Shown: piece after piece, positions 11,234 through 20,232 of the stretch
Layout of the letters: every line of letters starts with the position of its first letter
Position numbering within the stretch: position 1 is the stretch's first letter
Source of the DNA: Sedimentisphaerales bacterium
Lineage (GTDB): Bacteria > Planctomycetota > Phycisphaerae > Sedimentisphaerales > SM23-30
Reading direction: 5' to 3'
Length of the DNA: 64,000 nt
Assembly (NCBI GenBank): GCA_963663965.2
Contig: CAXXFK010000015.1
Span: 160,001 to 224,000 of the forward strand
Made by a program: the position numbers and the translations under genes
The notes under the pieces: model-generated
Seen by the model: only the letters and a program-made list of their open reading frames with translations
What the model was told of the DNA's origin: nothing
Databases searched by the model: none

Positions 11234-11683
11234 TTAGTTTAATATATCAGTTCTGGGGATATCCTATACAATAATATTTTACCGTTGCGCTAGGAGATAA
11301 CCAGTTAACGAGTAATATGTTATCTTTCGAGCGATCAGGAATTTTCTTACCCATTGGGTAAAGAAATGTCCGATCGCTCGTAAGCTAAGTTCCTACTTGT
11401 AAGAGACTTATTTCACAACCCGGCGGGCATTATCGTTTGTCAATAGTATATCTCTTTAATCCGATCCTTTAAAAGTAACCACCGTCAACTCAGCGGTTCT
11501 CCAGCTTTTATTGTCCAGAACCTCATGCAGTTCGCCCGGTTTCAGTTCCGGCGTATTATCCGTTCGTTCTACAACTTCAATTGCCTTGGCCCCCTTGTCG
11601 GTAGACTGTATCCGTTCGGTGAAGTACCCGTTGTAAGGTTGGTGGAGGGGTATTATAATTGTTTGGGGTGAGTTTCGACCGTT

Positions 11684-13255
11684 TTAGTCTGGGGTAGCGG
11701 ACCATTTATCCGGCAGCAGTTCACTCAGTCGGCTGACTGGGATATCGCTGATCCGGTCGAGGACATTCTTGAGATACACCTGTGGATTCAGGTCGTTGCG
11801 TTTGGCGCTCTGGATGATCGACATCAGAATCGCCGCGGCGCGGCCACCCCGGTCGCTGCCCATGAACAGCCAGTTTTTCCGCCCGATAGCGACCGGTTTC
11901 ATCAGTCTTTCCGCTTCATTATTGTCGATGTCAAACTCTCCGTCGGTCGTATAACGACACAACGCCTCCCAGCCGTTTTCCGCATAATTGATTGCCTTGC
12001 GGAACGGGCTTTCCGGCAGGGCCTGCCGGTCGGTAATCCCAGCCAGCCACTGCTTAAAATCAGCCAGGATCTTAACCGACTTCTCCTGCCGCACCGCGTA
12101 CTTTTCCTGCGGACTCTTCTCCTTCAGCTGCTTTTCAATCTGGTACAACGGCTGGATAAAGGCGAGCGCAGTCAGGCTGAGCTGGGGCGCGGTCTTTTCC
12201 GCCTCCCGGAACTTGCGGCGCGCATGGGCCCAGCACAGCAGTTCTTGCACCGACCGCTGGGGGTCGTTAAAAATAAAGTCATACCCGGCATAGGCATCTG
12301 CCTGGATAAAGCCGGAGGTAAAATCCCGCAAAAACTCGGCCGGACCGTGACGGCTCCGGTCCGGGGTAAAATCATAGACATAATACGGATAAGACGGGTC
12401 GCCGGCATAGATCCACAAGCGCGATTGGCTCATGCCTTTGGGGTGGTTTTTATCCTGTTTACTGACCGGGGTGTCATCGGTTTTGATGACTTTTGACTGC
12501 AAAACCCTCGTTTTCATCAAGTCATACAATGGAACCAGCAAGTCCGCCGTATTCATCATCCAGCCGCACAGGGTCGACCGGCTGAGCTCGATGTCATGAC
12601 GATGGAAGATCTGTTCAATGCGATACAACGGCAGGTGGTCGAGGTATTTGCTGACCGCCACATAAGTCAGTAATCCGGAGGCCGCCAGTGATTTTTCTAA
12701 CGGCTGATTCGCCTTGGGAGCCGTCTCGATCCGGCCCTCGCATCGTTTATTCTTGCAGGCATATTTATAACGGATATGCTCATTAATGAATAATCGGGCG
12801 GGAATATACTCCAGTTGCTCCGATTTGTCTTCCCCGATACGCTCCATCGCAATGCCGCAGCAGGAACAGGTCTTCTCCGATTCATCCAGATCATGGATAA
12901 TCTGCCGGCGTTCCATATGCGCCGGAAAGGTATTGCGCCTTTTCGGCTGGTTGCGGGTATAGGAGATGGTCTCTTTTTCAGGAGGGGTCTTTTCCGCTGC
13001 CTGCTCCTGAGCTTTCAGTTCGGCCAGATAATCCTGCATAAACGGAAGAAGTTGTTTGGGATCAATCTCTTCCAGCCGTTCCGATTTGCGGCCGAACCGC
13101 TGTTCCAGCAGTTTTTGGATGCCATGTTCCAGTCGGGTCACTTTCCGCTCATACTTCTCGATCGTTTCAAAAAGCGTGCGAATCAGTTCATGGCAAAGAC
13201 CGATGTCTTCGGGGAGTTCCACTGGAGAGGTGTTGTTTGCTTCCTTGCTTATCAC
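11684..13255 (-). CDS. tnpC: IS66 transposase TnpC
   Basis: RFGRKSE, Zn finger, KYLDHLPLYR, TDDTPV, CWAHARRKF, IDNNEAER, GRKNWLF. Confidence 0.96.
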   Translation of the reverse strand: MISKEANNTSPVELPEDIGLCHELIRTLFETIEKYERKVTRLEHGIQKLLEQRFGRKSERLEEIDPKQLLPFMQDYLAELKAQEQAAEKTPPEKETISYTRNQPKRRNTFPAHMERRQIIHDLDESEKTCSCCGIAMERIGEDKSEQLEYIPARLFINEHIRYKYACKNKRCEGRIETAPKANQPLEKSLAASGLLTYVAVSKYLDHLPLYRIEQIFHRHDIELSRSTLCGWMMNTADLLVPLYDLMKTRVLQSKVIKTDDTPVSKQDKNHPKGMSQSRLWIYAGDPSYPYYVYDFTPDRSRHGPAEFLRDFTSGFIQADAYAGYDFIFNDPQRSVQELLCWAHARRKFREAEKTAPQLSLTALAFIQPLYQIEKQLKEKSPQEKYAVRQEKSVKILADFKQWLAGITDRQALPESPFRKAINYAENGWEALCRYTTDGEFDIDNNEAERLMKPVAIGRKNWLFMGSDRGGRAAAILMSIIQSAKRNDLNPQVYLKNVLDRISDIPVSRLSELLPDKWSATPD

Positions 13256-13294
13256 GAGTCATATCCTAAGCAAAAATGCTTGAAATTGCAAGTG

Positions 13295-13636
13295 TTATTT
13301 TAGCTTAAAACGTGCTTTTAATGCAGTTTTATGCGGTTTTAAGCCTTTCAGCATCATCGCCAGTTGACGATGATCCACGGCATGATCGGCGCCGGTTGGC
13401 GGGATGGAAAAGGTGCCTTTTTCCAGGCGCTTATACCAGATGGCATAGCCATCTTGATCCCAGTATAAACACTTGATCCGATTGCCGCGTTTATTGCAAA
13501 AGATAAAGATGTGGCCGCTGAGCGGATTCTGGCAGAGAACCGACTCCACCAGAACGGCCAGGGCATCGAAACTCTTTCGCATGTCCGTGGGCGCCTGGCA
13601 AAGATAGATCTTGACGGGGGAGGGCAGATGCCACAT
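13295..13636 (-). CDS. tnpB: IS66 accessory protein TnpB (Orf2; not the RNA-guided TnpB)
   Basis: TDMRKSFDAL, IFCNKR, YWDQDG, KRLEKGTF. Confidence 0.95.
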   Translation of the reverse strand: MWHLPSPVKIYLCQAPTDMRKSFDALAVLVESVLCQNPLSGHIFIFCNKRGNRIKCLYWDQDGYAIWYKRLEKGTFSIPPTGADHAVDHRQLAMMLKGLKPHKTALKARFKLK

Positions 13637-13639
13637 ACG

Positions 13640-13969
13640 CTACCTCCGGCACAAGACGATGACTTTGTCGAGTTGGGCCAGGTCGCACGTTTCCGGCACA
13701 TCGATGGATATCCCCGTGGGCAGATTGATTCTGAGCAGAGAACTCGCACGGGTCCTGACCTCGATAAAGGACGGTGGGCGGGTGGCCGTTTGGGCCGGAA
13801 CGCCAAGATCACCGTCCAGGATCTTTAACTTGCGGGCAAAAGTTGAGATCGCCAGGTGATGCTCCCGGCAGTAATCCGATAGGCTTTGGCCACTGAGTCG
13901 AAATTGATTGATCTCGGCCTGCCAGAATTCCTTGCTGCGAAATAGCCGTCGCTTGCCTGTTCGGCTCAT
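13640..13969 (-). CDS. tnpA: IS66 accessory protein TnpA (HTH)
   Basis: FWQAEINQFRLSGQSLSDYCREHHL; first gene inside the IS; RBS AGGAG. Confidence 0.85.
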   Translation of the reverse strand: MSRTGKRRLFRSKEFWQAEINQFRLSGQSLSDYCREHHLAISTFARKLKILDGDLGVPAQTATRPPSFIEVRTRASSLLRINLPTGISIDVPETCDLAQLDKVIVLCRR

Positions 13970-14190
13970 AATAGCTCCTGTCCTGATTAGAATATTGAAT
14001 GTCAAATAACCTGGACAGATTTTATCACACCCCCGCTATCCCGCAACGGGGGGTTCGCCGAACGGATACGGTAGACTTGAACTTACCGGAGTAATTTCTT
14101 GAATCAACCCCCGTTAATAGCAAAGGACGACGCATCGCGATCGCACGCACCAGGAATTCACCATGTGGAGGCCTGATAGCCAGTTGAAAA

Positions 14191-14784
14191 TTATCCCGTG
14201 GATCGGAAATCAGCATTTTCCCACCACCGCGCGTCGGGATAGGTCTCCCGCTGCATAATCGACTGGTTATAATCCACTCCCAGCTGGGTTTTCAGATACA
14301 ACACCATCGTCACCGCCCGGAACTTGCCTTCCGAACCATCGTAAGCCGCCGGCTCCTGCCGAAACCGCGGCAAACGCAACTCCGTCTGACAGCCAACCTC
14401 CGCCGCCCACCGATCCAGGATCGCCAGGCAATTCTCCACCTCCAAATCCTGCGATCCCGGCAGCCCCCCGGCGCACAACAGGTTCATCCGGGCGATATCC
14501 ACCCCCGCCAGTTCTTCCGGCCCCATCGCCAGCAACTCACCCAAAGTCCCCGGCTTTTGCCCACCTTGCGATACAACAGTTTTATTCGTTTTCTCAACCG
14601 GCATCACCTCAGAACCAGCCACCACCCCCAGCGTATCAGCCAGTGCAACCTTGGACCGCCCCTTCGCCTCGCGACCATCAGAATTCACCGCGACAGTCCC
14701 CACAACCCCAATCACACAGCCGGCAAGAAATATCCCTATCGCCTTCACGCCCCATACAGCTTGCTTAGTTATCATTTTTCCCAT
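14191..14784 (-). pseudogene. 3'-truncated copy of the SirB1/transglutaminase-like gene at 18132-19151
   Basis: 14227-14730 is near-identical DNA to 18621-19124; it breaks off at YPDAR, before the putative catalytic Cys/His. Confidence 0.85.
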
Positions 14785-14789
14785 AGCTC

Positions 14790-15821
14790 TTATTCCGCCG
14801 CCTGCCACACTTTAATATCATATTTCGCAAACAACGGCTCCAGGACCCTTTCATACTCACGGACCTCCCTGGGAATCTGTTCTTCTTTCAGTTTCCATTC
14901 CTCTCGAATATATCCCGTACTGCCAAACCGGGGAATAGGCGGCACCTCCGGCCCCTGGATCAGCTTCTCCGCGCGAGCCAGGTAAAAGCCATTCCCAATC
15001 TCCACCACCATCTTCTTAAACCCATTGCCATGATAAAAGATATACTCCTCATGATAATACGGACCGGACCGGTCCAGATACGGTTCAGGGTTCAAATCCT
15101 CCTTCGTGATCCGCCGGATAACGCTTTCCGGCCGGGCCTGTTGAATCTCATCCTGAATTTTCAGATACGCCGCTATCGGCACCCGGCGACACCCAAATCG
15201 GTAAGGTGAAAATTCCTCTTCATCTTTGGCAAATTGGATACTATAGTGCCAATCCATCTTGATGTCTTGTACTGGATCTTTTACCGCTAACAACTGCCGG
15301 GCATTCTCTTCATTTACCTCCCAGTCAAAATAGATATAATCCCTGAAATTATTTTCTAACAGATAGATGCGAAAAGGTGTCTTTATCCATTCTCTTTCGT
15401 GTGTTTCATTATGAATTCCCCATTCATGATATTGAGAACCATAATATATGTGATCTTTTGAACGTCGTTTCAAAAAATCATATTTATCTAACAAATAATT
15501 TCGATCGATTATATGGTTTTCAGGATAATACTGATTTACATACTCCGTATAATTTATAAATTCTTTATCGCGAATAACACATTGACTAAAATCCTTTTCA
15601 AATGCCTTCCAGATCAAGATCTCTTTGTTTATCTCACCCAGTTTATCCGGATGAATACCTATACAAATTTCATCAGTTTTATCATATTCACTTAAAGTCT
15701 CTTTGATCGCCACGATATCATGGCCACAATAATGACATCCCAGCATAAAAATTACTATCACGGCGTTAATAGGATAATATGCTTTTCTCATAGTATCTCC
15801 GGCAAAATACCTCATAATCAT
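14790..15821 (-). CDS. Exported protein/lipoprotein, putative immunity protein for 15818-16879; paralog of 19204-20211
   Basis: 4-bp overlap with the toxin stop; hydrophobic N-terminus with MLGC; shares EILIWK, DYIxFDW, YHxEYxFY, GNGF, LIQGP with its paralog. Confidence 0.7.
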   Translation of the reverse strand: MIMRYFAGDTMRKAYYPINAVIVIFMLGCHYCGHDIVAIKETLSEYDKTDEICIGIHPDKLGEINKEILIWKAFEKDFSQCVIRDKEFINYTEYVNQYYPENHIIDRNYLLDKYDFLKRRSKDHIYYGSQYHEWGIHNETHEREWIKTPFRIYLLENNFRDYIYFDWEVNEENARQLLAVKDPVQDIKMDWHYSIQFAKDEEEFSPYRFGCRRVPIAAYLKIQDEIQQARPESVIRRITKEDLNPEPYLDRSGPYYHEEYIFYHGNGFKKMVVEIGNGFYLARAEKLIQGPEVPPIPRFGSTGYIREEWKLKEEQIPREVREYERVLEPLFAKYDIKVWQAAE

Positions 15822-16879
15822 TTTTTGCTTCTGGCATGAAAGACTTTTTCAGCAATTTGAGCCCAATCCAAAAAATCGTTAAATTCAATCCAGATATGAG
15901 TGTTGCTGCTATAGGCCGAACCAATAGTCTGACTGCCAACCACCTTTTCGAAGGGAACATAATAGTTCCAGTTATCTATCAAACTATGCTGTAATTCCTC
16001 AGCAGAAAGAATTTTTTTTGAAGGAAATCCAAAATACGAATTTTCTCCAACTTTTATTGCATTTTCATGCCGGGCTGATCCTAAACTTTGTGGATATTTA
16101 CTTATTCCAGTTATAACAGTTGGCCCATAGGGACCATTCCAATTATTTATATAGGGACCGTTAGTAAAGCGTATCCAATTCCCAATCACCATACTATCAA
16201 AATTCCTGTCATACTCTATGAACGGCAAAGCCTCTCCCTTGAATGTAACATTGTATTCGGCCGGCTTCAAAGTCCCGATAACGGCATTAGCCATAATAAA
16301 ATAAGCCGCGTCCCAACAATCCGCCTGCAGTCTATTATTCGGATTGCCAAAATATCTTTTAATCATTACATCACTCGCACCGTAACGTTTTTGCACTCCC
16401 AGCGAATTAAAGCTCCCATGAAAACCATAGGCCCCCGCCACCACATTCGAACGAAGCAGGTTTTCATAGTACCTGAAATAATACTCAAGATTATAAATGG
16501 TCCCTTCAGGTACTTCATCCTTGATTTCCAATCCCGGTACCTTTTGTACAATATTTCTGACTTGCGAATAGAATTGCCCCATTTCGCCCGGTAACAGTTT
16601 CCACAATCCGCTCCAGGTATCGCGACACTCAGCTTGCACCAAACCCTTATACGGCTTCGATTCCCAGGGTTTTCCATAAACCTTCCACAAACCCGCCGGA
16701 TCAACCGCTAGCACCGGTTGGCTTCCCACATATTCATACCCGTTCATCCCATCCGTATATTCCACCGGATCCAGGCTCAGCCACCGCCCCTGCTTCGCGT
16801 CATACATCCCATAGCCCGCCTGTCCGGCCAATCCAATCCAGATCATCATAACAGCAAAGATCGCTTTGGGCTTATCCAT
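15818..16879 (-). CDS. Signal peptide + Rhs-associated core motif + Tgl-like transglutaminase toxin domain ('mini-Rhs')
   Basis: RBS GAGGTG; signal peptide ending AGYG; MYDAKQGRWLSLDP...YEYV...VDPAGL; DCWDAA...GNWIRFTN...HENAIKVG. Confidence 0.8.
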   Translation of the reverse strand: MDKPKAIFAVMMIWIGLAGQAGYGMYDAKQGRWLSLDPVEYTDGMNGYEYVGSQPVLAVDPAGLWKVYGKPWESKPYKGLVQAECRDTWSGLWKLLPGEMGQFYSQVRNIVQKVPGLEIKDEVPEGTIYNLEYYFRYYENLLRSNVVAGAYGFHGSFNSLGVQKRYGASDVMIKRYFGNPNNRLQADCWDAAYFIMANAVIGTLKPAEYNVTFKGEALPFIEYDRNFDSMVIGNWIRFTNGPYINNWNGPYGPTVITGISKYPQSLGSARHENAIKVGENSYFGFPSKKILSAEELQHSLIDNWNYYVPFEKVVGSQTIGSAYSSNTHIWIEFNDFLDWAQIAEKVFHARSKK

Positions 16880-16975
16880 CTGCTCACCTCTCCGCTTCGG
16901 GCGGATTTATCACCTTTATTCGTTTAGGTGTTTTGTTAAATCGAATAGGTTTGCACAATACTCTAAACTCAAACA

Positions 16976-17221
16976 TCACAATAAACATTCAACATGATTA
17001 AAGAGGATCAAGGCCAGGCATATTCCAATTAAAATAGCGTTAATAATACCTTCTCTTTTCGAATATCTGCCTTTTTTCTGGAATATCAATAATATAATTC
17101 CCATCAGATAAAAACAATCGCCAATCAATTCGAATTTATCTTGCACTATTAATGAAAATACAATCCCTAAAAACAAGAGTATCAAAATTAGGATGGTATT
17201 ATTGCGCCTTTTTAACGACAT
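16976..17221 (-). CDS. Small multi-TM protein, putative immunity for 17199-18119
   Basis: 81 aa, three hydrophobic segments, AT-rich, overlaps the toxin 3' end, RBS GGGGA. Confidence 0.6.
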   Translation of the reverse strand: MSLKRRNNTILILILLFLGIVFSLIVQDKFELIGDCFYLMGIILLIFQKKGRYSKREGIINAILIGICLALILFNHVECLL

Positions 17222-18119
17222 TAAGTATTCCCCAATTAAAACCAGCAGCTTCAAATCCATTGCCCAACCAATAAAAACCATTTTTTGAAACCGTATCAGA
17301 CCAGGGTGGATTCGCTTGGGCAGCATTACAAATTTTTAAAATAAGAATACCCAATTGATGATCTGGAATATCTAATGGGATTATTGTGTCTGAATTGTCA
17401 CCTTGATTTTTTGAGACGAGCCATACTCCTTTTAGTGCATTGCCCCATGGAAGAGAGAACTTACCTCCTTTACCACCCCAGCCATGTCCACCTCCCATAA
17501 TACCGTACAATTCTGTAGGAGATATATTACTAATATTGGAGGATGGCCATGGCCTTACATAATAATCATAGAATGGGGCATAAAAACCTTTTTGGCTTAA
17601 TAATTCAATAGCTTTTCGCCATGTACCAAGATATAAATAATGTGCTTGGGTATTCATGTGTCCCAATGCGACAACAAATGTGTTAGGGACTGAAAAACGC
17701 CTGGTTTCTTTGAGTGCTTGACTTGAACTTGGCGGAAGCGGTTTTCCATCTAAAGCAACCAGCCATCTTCTAAAATACCTTTCATCTAATAATATTTTTT
17801 TGGATAAACTATCAATTGTATCTCCGCATTCCCCTATGGCGTTAGCTGTTTTTTTATATTGCCGAATTACTTTCCACTCTAATCCAAACATATCTTTTTC
17901 ACTGCTAGGCCTCCCCCCTACATACTCATACAAATTCCCACCATCCGCATACTGCCCCGTCGGCCCAAACGCATTCGTCTCATCGCCCACCACCGTCCCC
18001 ACCGGATCCAGGCTCAGCCACCGCCCCTCTTTCGGATCATACATCCCATAGCCCGTCAGACAGAAAGCTCCCATCCAGATCAGGCCCACAACCCATCGGT
18101 AACACCCCAGTTTAGTCAT
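17199..18119 (-). CDS. Signal peptide + Rhs-associated core motif + variable C-terminal domain (possible His-Cys caspase-like peptidase)
   Basis: Signal peptide ending TGYG; MYDPKEGRWLSLDP...NLYEYV...DMFGL; GGGHG...LILKICN. Confidence 0.75.
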   Translation of the reverse strand: MTKLGCYRWVVGLIWMGAFCLTGYGMYDPKEGRWLSLDPVGTVVGDETNAFGPTGQYADGGNLYEYVGGRPSSEKDMFGLEWKVIRQYKKTANAIGECGDTIDSLSKKILLDERYFRRWLVALDGKPLPPSSSQALKETRRFSVPNTFVVALGHMNTQAHYLYLGTWRKAIELLSQKGFYAPFYDYYVRPWPSSNISNISPTELYGIMGGGHGWGGKGGKFSLPWGNALKGVWLVSKNQGDNSDTIIPLDIPDHQLGILILKICNAAQANPPWSDTVSKNGFYWLGNGFEAAGFNWGILNVVKKAQ

Positions 18120-18131
18120 CAGATGATCCTC

Positions 18132-19151
18132 TCATTGAGTTGGCGTAACAGTCTTCTGATAAATCGCACGATAGTTTCCCAGTTCCTTTTCCAGCGCCCG
18201 GTTCAAATGGGCCAGGGTATCCAGCGAATCCGGCATCAACCGATAGGCCCAGGCGTACATGGCCTGGGCTTCCGTCACCCGTCCGGCATCGAACAGACAA
18301 TGCCCGCGTGTCTGCAAGAACACACCCAGTTCCTCGGACGGGCTCAACGATCTCAGATACGGATTGGCCCGCATATCCGCATCGCTGATCCGGCCCGGCC
18401 AGCTGCGATAATACGCATCCGGATGCGAATCACAGCCCGGACAGCAGGCCTCCACATTAAAAACCTCACTCCCCTCCTCCCAGCGGAAAAACACATGCTG
18501 GCGGGTCGCAACCAGTTTGAGCGGATACCCCAGCCGCCGGCCCACCGCCACACACAAAGTCGGAATCGACAGACAGCCGCCCTGCTTCTGATCGCCCAGA
18601 CAGCCATGAATAAACACATCCCGCGCGTCGGGATAGGTCTCCCGCTGCATAATCGCCTGGTTATAATCCACTCCCAGCTGGGTTTTCAGATACAACACCA
18701 TCGTCACCGCCCGGAACTTGCCTTCCGAACCATCGTAAGCCGCCGGCTCCTGCCGAAACCGCGGCAAACGCAACTCCGTCTGACAGCCAACCTCCGCCGC
18801 CCACCGATCCAGGATCGCCAGGCAACTCTCCACCTCCAAATCCTGTGATCCCGGCAACCCTCCGGCGCACAACAGGTTCATCCGGGCGATATCCACCCCC
18901 GCCAGTTCTTCCGGCCCCATCGCCAGCAACTCACCCAAAGTCCCCGGCTTTTGCTCACCTTGCGATACAACAGTTTTATTCGTTTTCTCAACCGGCATCA
19001 CCTCAGAACCAGCCACCATCCCCAGCGTATCAGCCAGTACAACCTCGGTCCGCCCCTTCGCCTCGCGCCCATCAGAATTCACCGCGACAGTCCCCACAAC
19101 CCCAATCACACAGCCGGCAAGAAAGATTACTACACCCACTTTCAACTTCAT
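18132..19151 (-). CDS. Membrane-anchored SirB1/Transglut_core2-like protein with C-terminal TPR
   Basis: N-terminal TM; FIHGCLG...GGCLSIPTLCVAVGRRLGYPLKLV...HVFFRWE; TPR-like RGHCLFDAGRVTEAQAMY. Confidence 0.75.
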   Translation of the reverse strand: MKLKVGVVIFLAGCVIGVVGTVAVNSDGREAKGRTEVVLADTLGMVAGSEVMPVEKTNKTVVSQGEQKPGTLGELLAMGPEELAGVDIARMNLLCAGGLPGSQDLEVESCLAILDRWAAEVGCQTELRLPRFRQEPAAYDGSEGKFRAVTMVLYLKTQLGVDYNQAIMQRETYPDARDVFIHGCLGDQKQGGCLSIPTLCVAVGRRLGYPLKLVATRQHVFFRWEEGSEVFNVEACCPGCDSHPDAYYRSWPGRISDADMRANPYLRSLSPSEELGVFLQTRGHCLFDAGRVTEAQAMYAWAYRLMPDSLDTLAHLNRALEKELGNYRAIYQKTVTPTQ

Positions 19152-19203
19152 GCTATCCCCTGATTTTTTGATAATTTAATCTGTTTTCACCTTAACAGGC
19201 ATC

Positions 19204-20211
19204 TTACAAACCGTATTTATCAAATAAACTTTTCACATAATTTTCAAATTCACTGACCTCAGCCGGAATTTGGTCTTTCTCCACCCGATACGCCCCAACA
19301 TCACTAAGCTGGGTTCCATGGCGCTGTTTTCGTTCTTCAAGTTCTTCCGCGCTCCATTCAAATTGTGGTCCTTGTATCAGCAGTTCAACCCGGCCCATAA
19401 AAAAACCATTACCCATCTTGATCACCATCCGCCAGAAACTGTTTCGATAATAGAAAACATACTCTTTATGATACCATTTCTTATCGGTACGAATGCTGGG
19501 TTCAGGCAAAATCGTATCGGTCCCTGCCATTTTTCTGACACATTGCGGCCGGCTGGCTCGAATTTCTTGTTGAATCGCTGGATACTTGTCAAGAGGAATT
19601 ATTCGATAATCCAGTTGATAACCATCCACCGCATCAATTTCGTCCAAAAACGCCAGGTTTCCAGCCACCAATTGACGATCCAGTTCATGCATTTCCTTTA
19701 GCAGTTCTTCGGCATGATCCCTGATCAGATCCCAGTCAAAATGGATATAATCAAAAAATTGATTGCCCATCTCCCGGCAACCCAGGTCGTTTTGAATAAC
19801 CCATTTGATTCGTGGTTCCGGCTTATTCGTTTTAGCGCTATAGCGGTTTTGATATCGCTTTTCAAAAATCTGACAATCCGGCCGCAATTTTAAAAACCGA
19901 TGCTGATCCAGAAATGGATAAGATTGCACCTGACTCACGACCTCAAGACCCTGTTTGGCTACCAAGAAGCTGTTTGGATCGCCATAATTAACAAATCCCT
20001 GACAAAGAAACGGATCATTTGATTCCATTTCAAATATCTTCCATATGAGAATTTCATGATCGATATCCCAGACTTTGGCGGCATCAATATAAACACAAAC
20101 AGCGATTGATTCCTGGCATTCATCAAATATTTCACAATTCGTGTGTATTGCCTGAATCATCGATCCCATGCAACACAAGATTACAATTACTATTTTATCC
20201 ATACTAATCAC
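19204..20211 (-). CDS. Exported protein, putative immunity for 20233-21264; paralog of 14790-15821
   Basis: Signal-like N-terminus; directly downstream of the toxin; motifs shared with its paralog. Confidence 0.7.
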   Translation of the reverse strand: MISMDKIVIVILCCMGSMIQAIHTNCEIFDECQESIAVCVYIDAAKVWDIDHEILIWKIFEMESNDPFLCQGFVNYGDPNSFLVAKQGLEVVSQVQSYPFLDQHRFLKLRPDCQIFEKRYQNRYSAKTNKPEPRIKWVIQNDLGCREMGNQFFDYIHFDWDLIRDHAEELLKEMHELDRQLVAGNLAFLDEIDAVDGYQLDYRIIPLDKYPAIQQEIRASRPQCVRKMAGTDTILPEPSIRTDKKWYHKEYVFYYRNSFWRMVIKMGNGFFMGRVELLIQGPQFEWSAEELEERKQRHGTQLSDVGAYRVEKDQIPAEVSEFENYVKSLFDKYGL

Positions 20212-20232
20212 ACATAAAAATACTAGATTCCA

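Larger units (their letters stand above)
11608..14069 (-). mobile_element. IS66-family element (tnpA-tnpB-tnpC), 2462 bp
   Basis: 26-bp imperfect IRs GTATCCGTTCGGTGAAGTACCCGTTG / CAACGGGGGGTTCGCCGAACGGATAC; 8-bp TSD GGTAGACT at 11600-11607 and 14070-14077. Confidence 0.96.
11456..14228 (-). pseudogene. C-terminal fragment of a DUF4384-like gene, split by IS66 (14070-14228 plus 11456-11607)
   Basis: Removing the IS and one TSD copy gives an open frame GGGKMLISDPRDNFQLAIRPPHGEFLVRAIA...KFKST-DKGAKAIEVV...SWRTAELTVVTFKGSD*; the family call is by eye. Confidence 0.55.

Noticed and set aside
13295..13636. TnpB as an RNA-guided nuclease
   Set aside because: 113-aa IS66 Orf2 with no RuvC motifs; unrelated to IS200/IS605 TnpB
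18123..18848. 241-aa plus-strand ORF and similar shadows at 28059-29285 and 61608-62405
   Set aside because: Antisense to well-supported genes; no recognisable motifs
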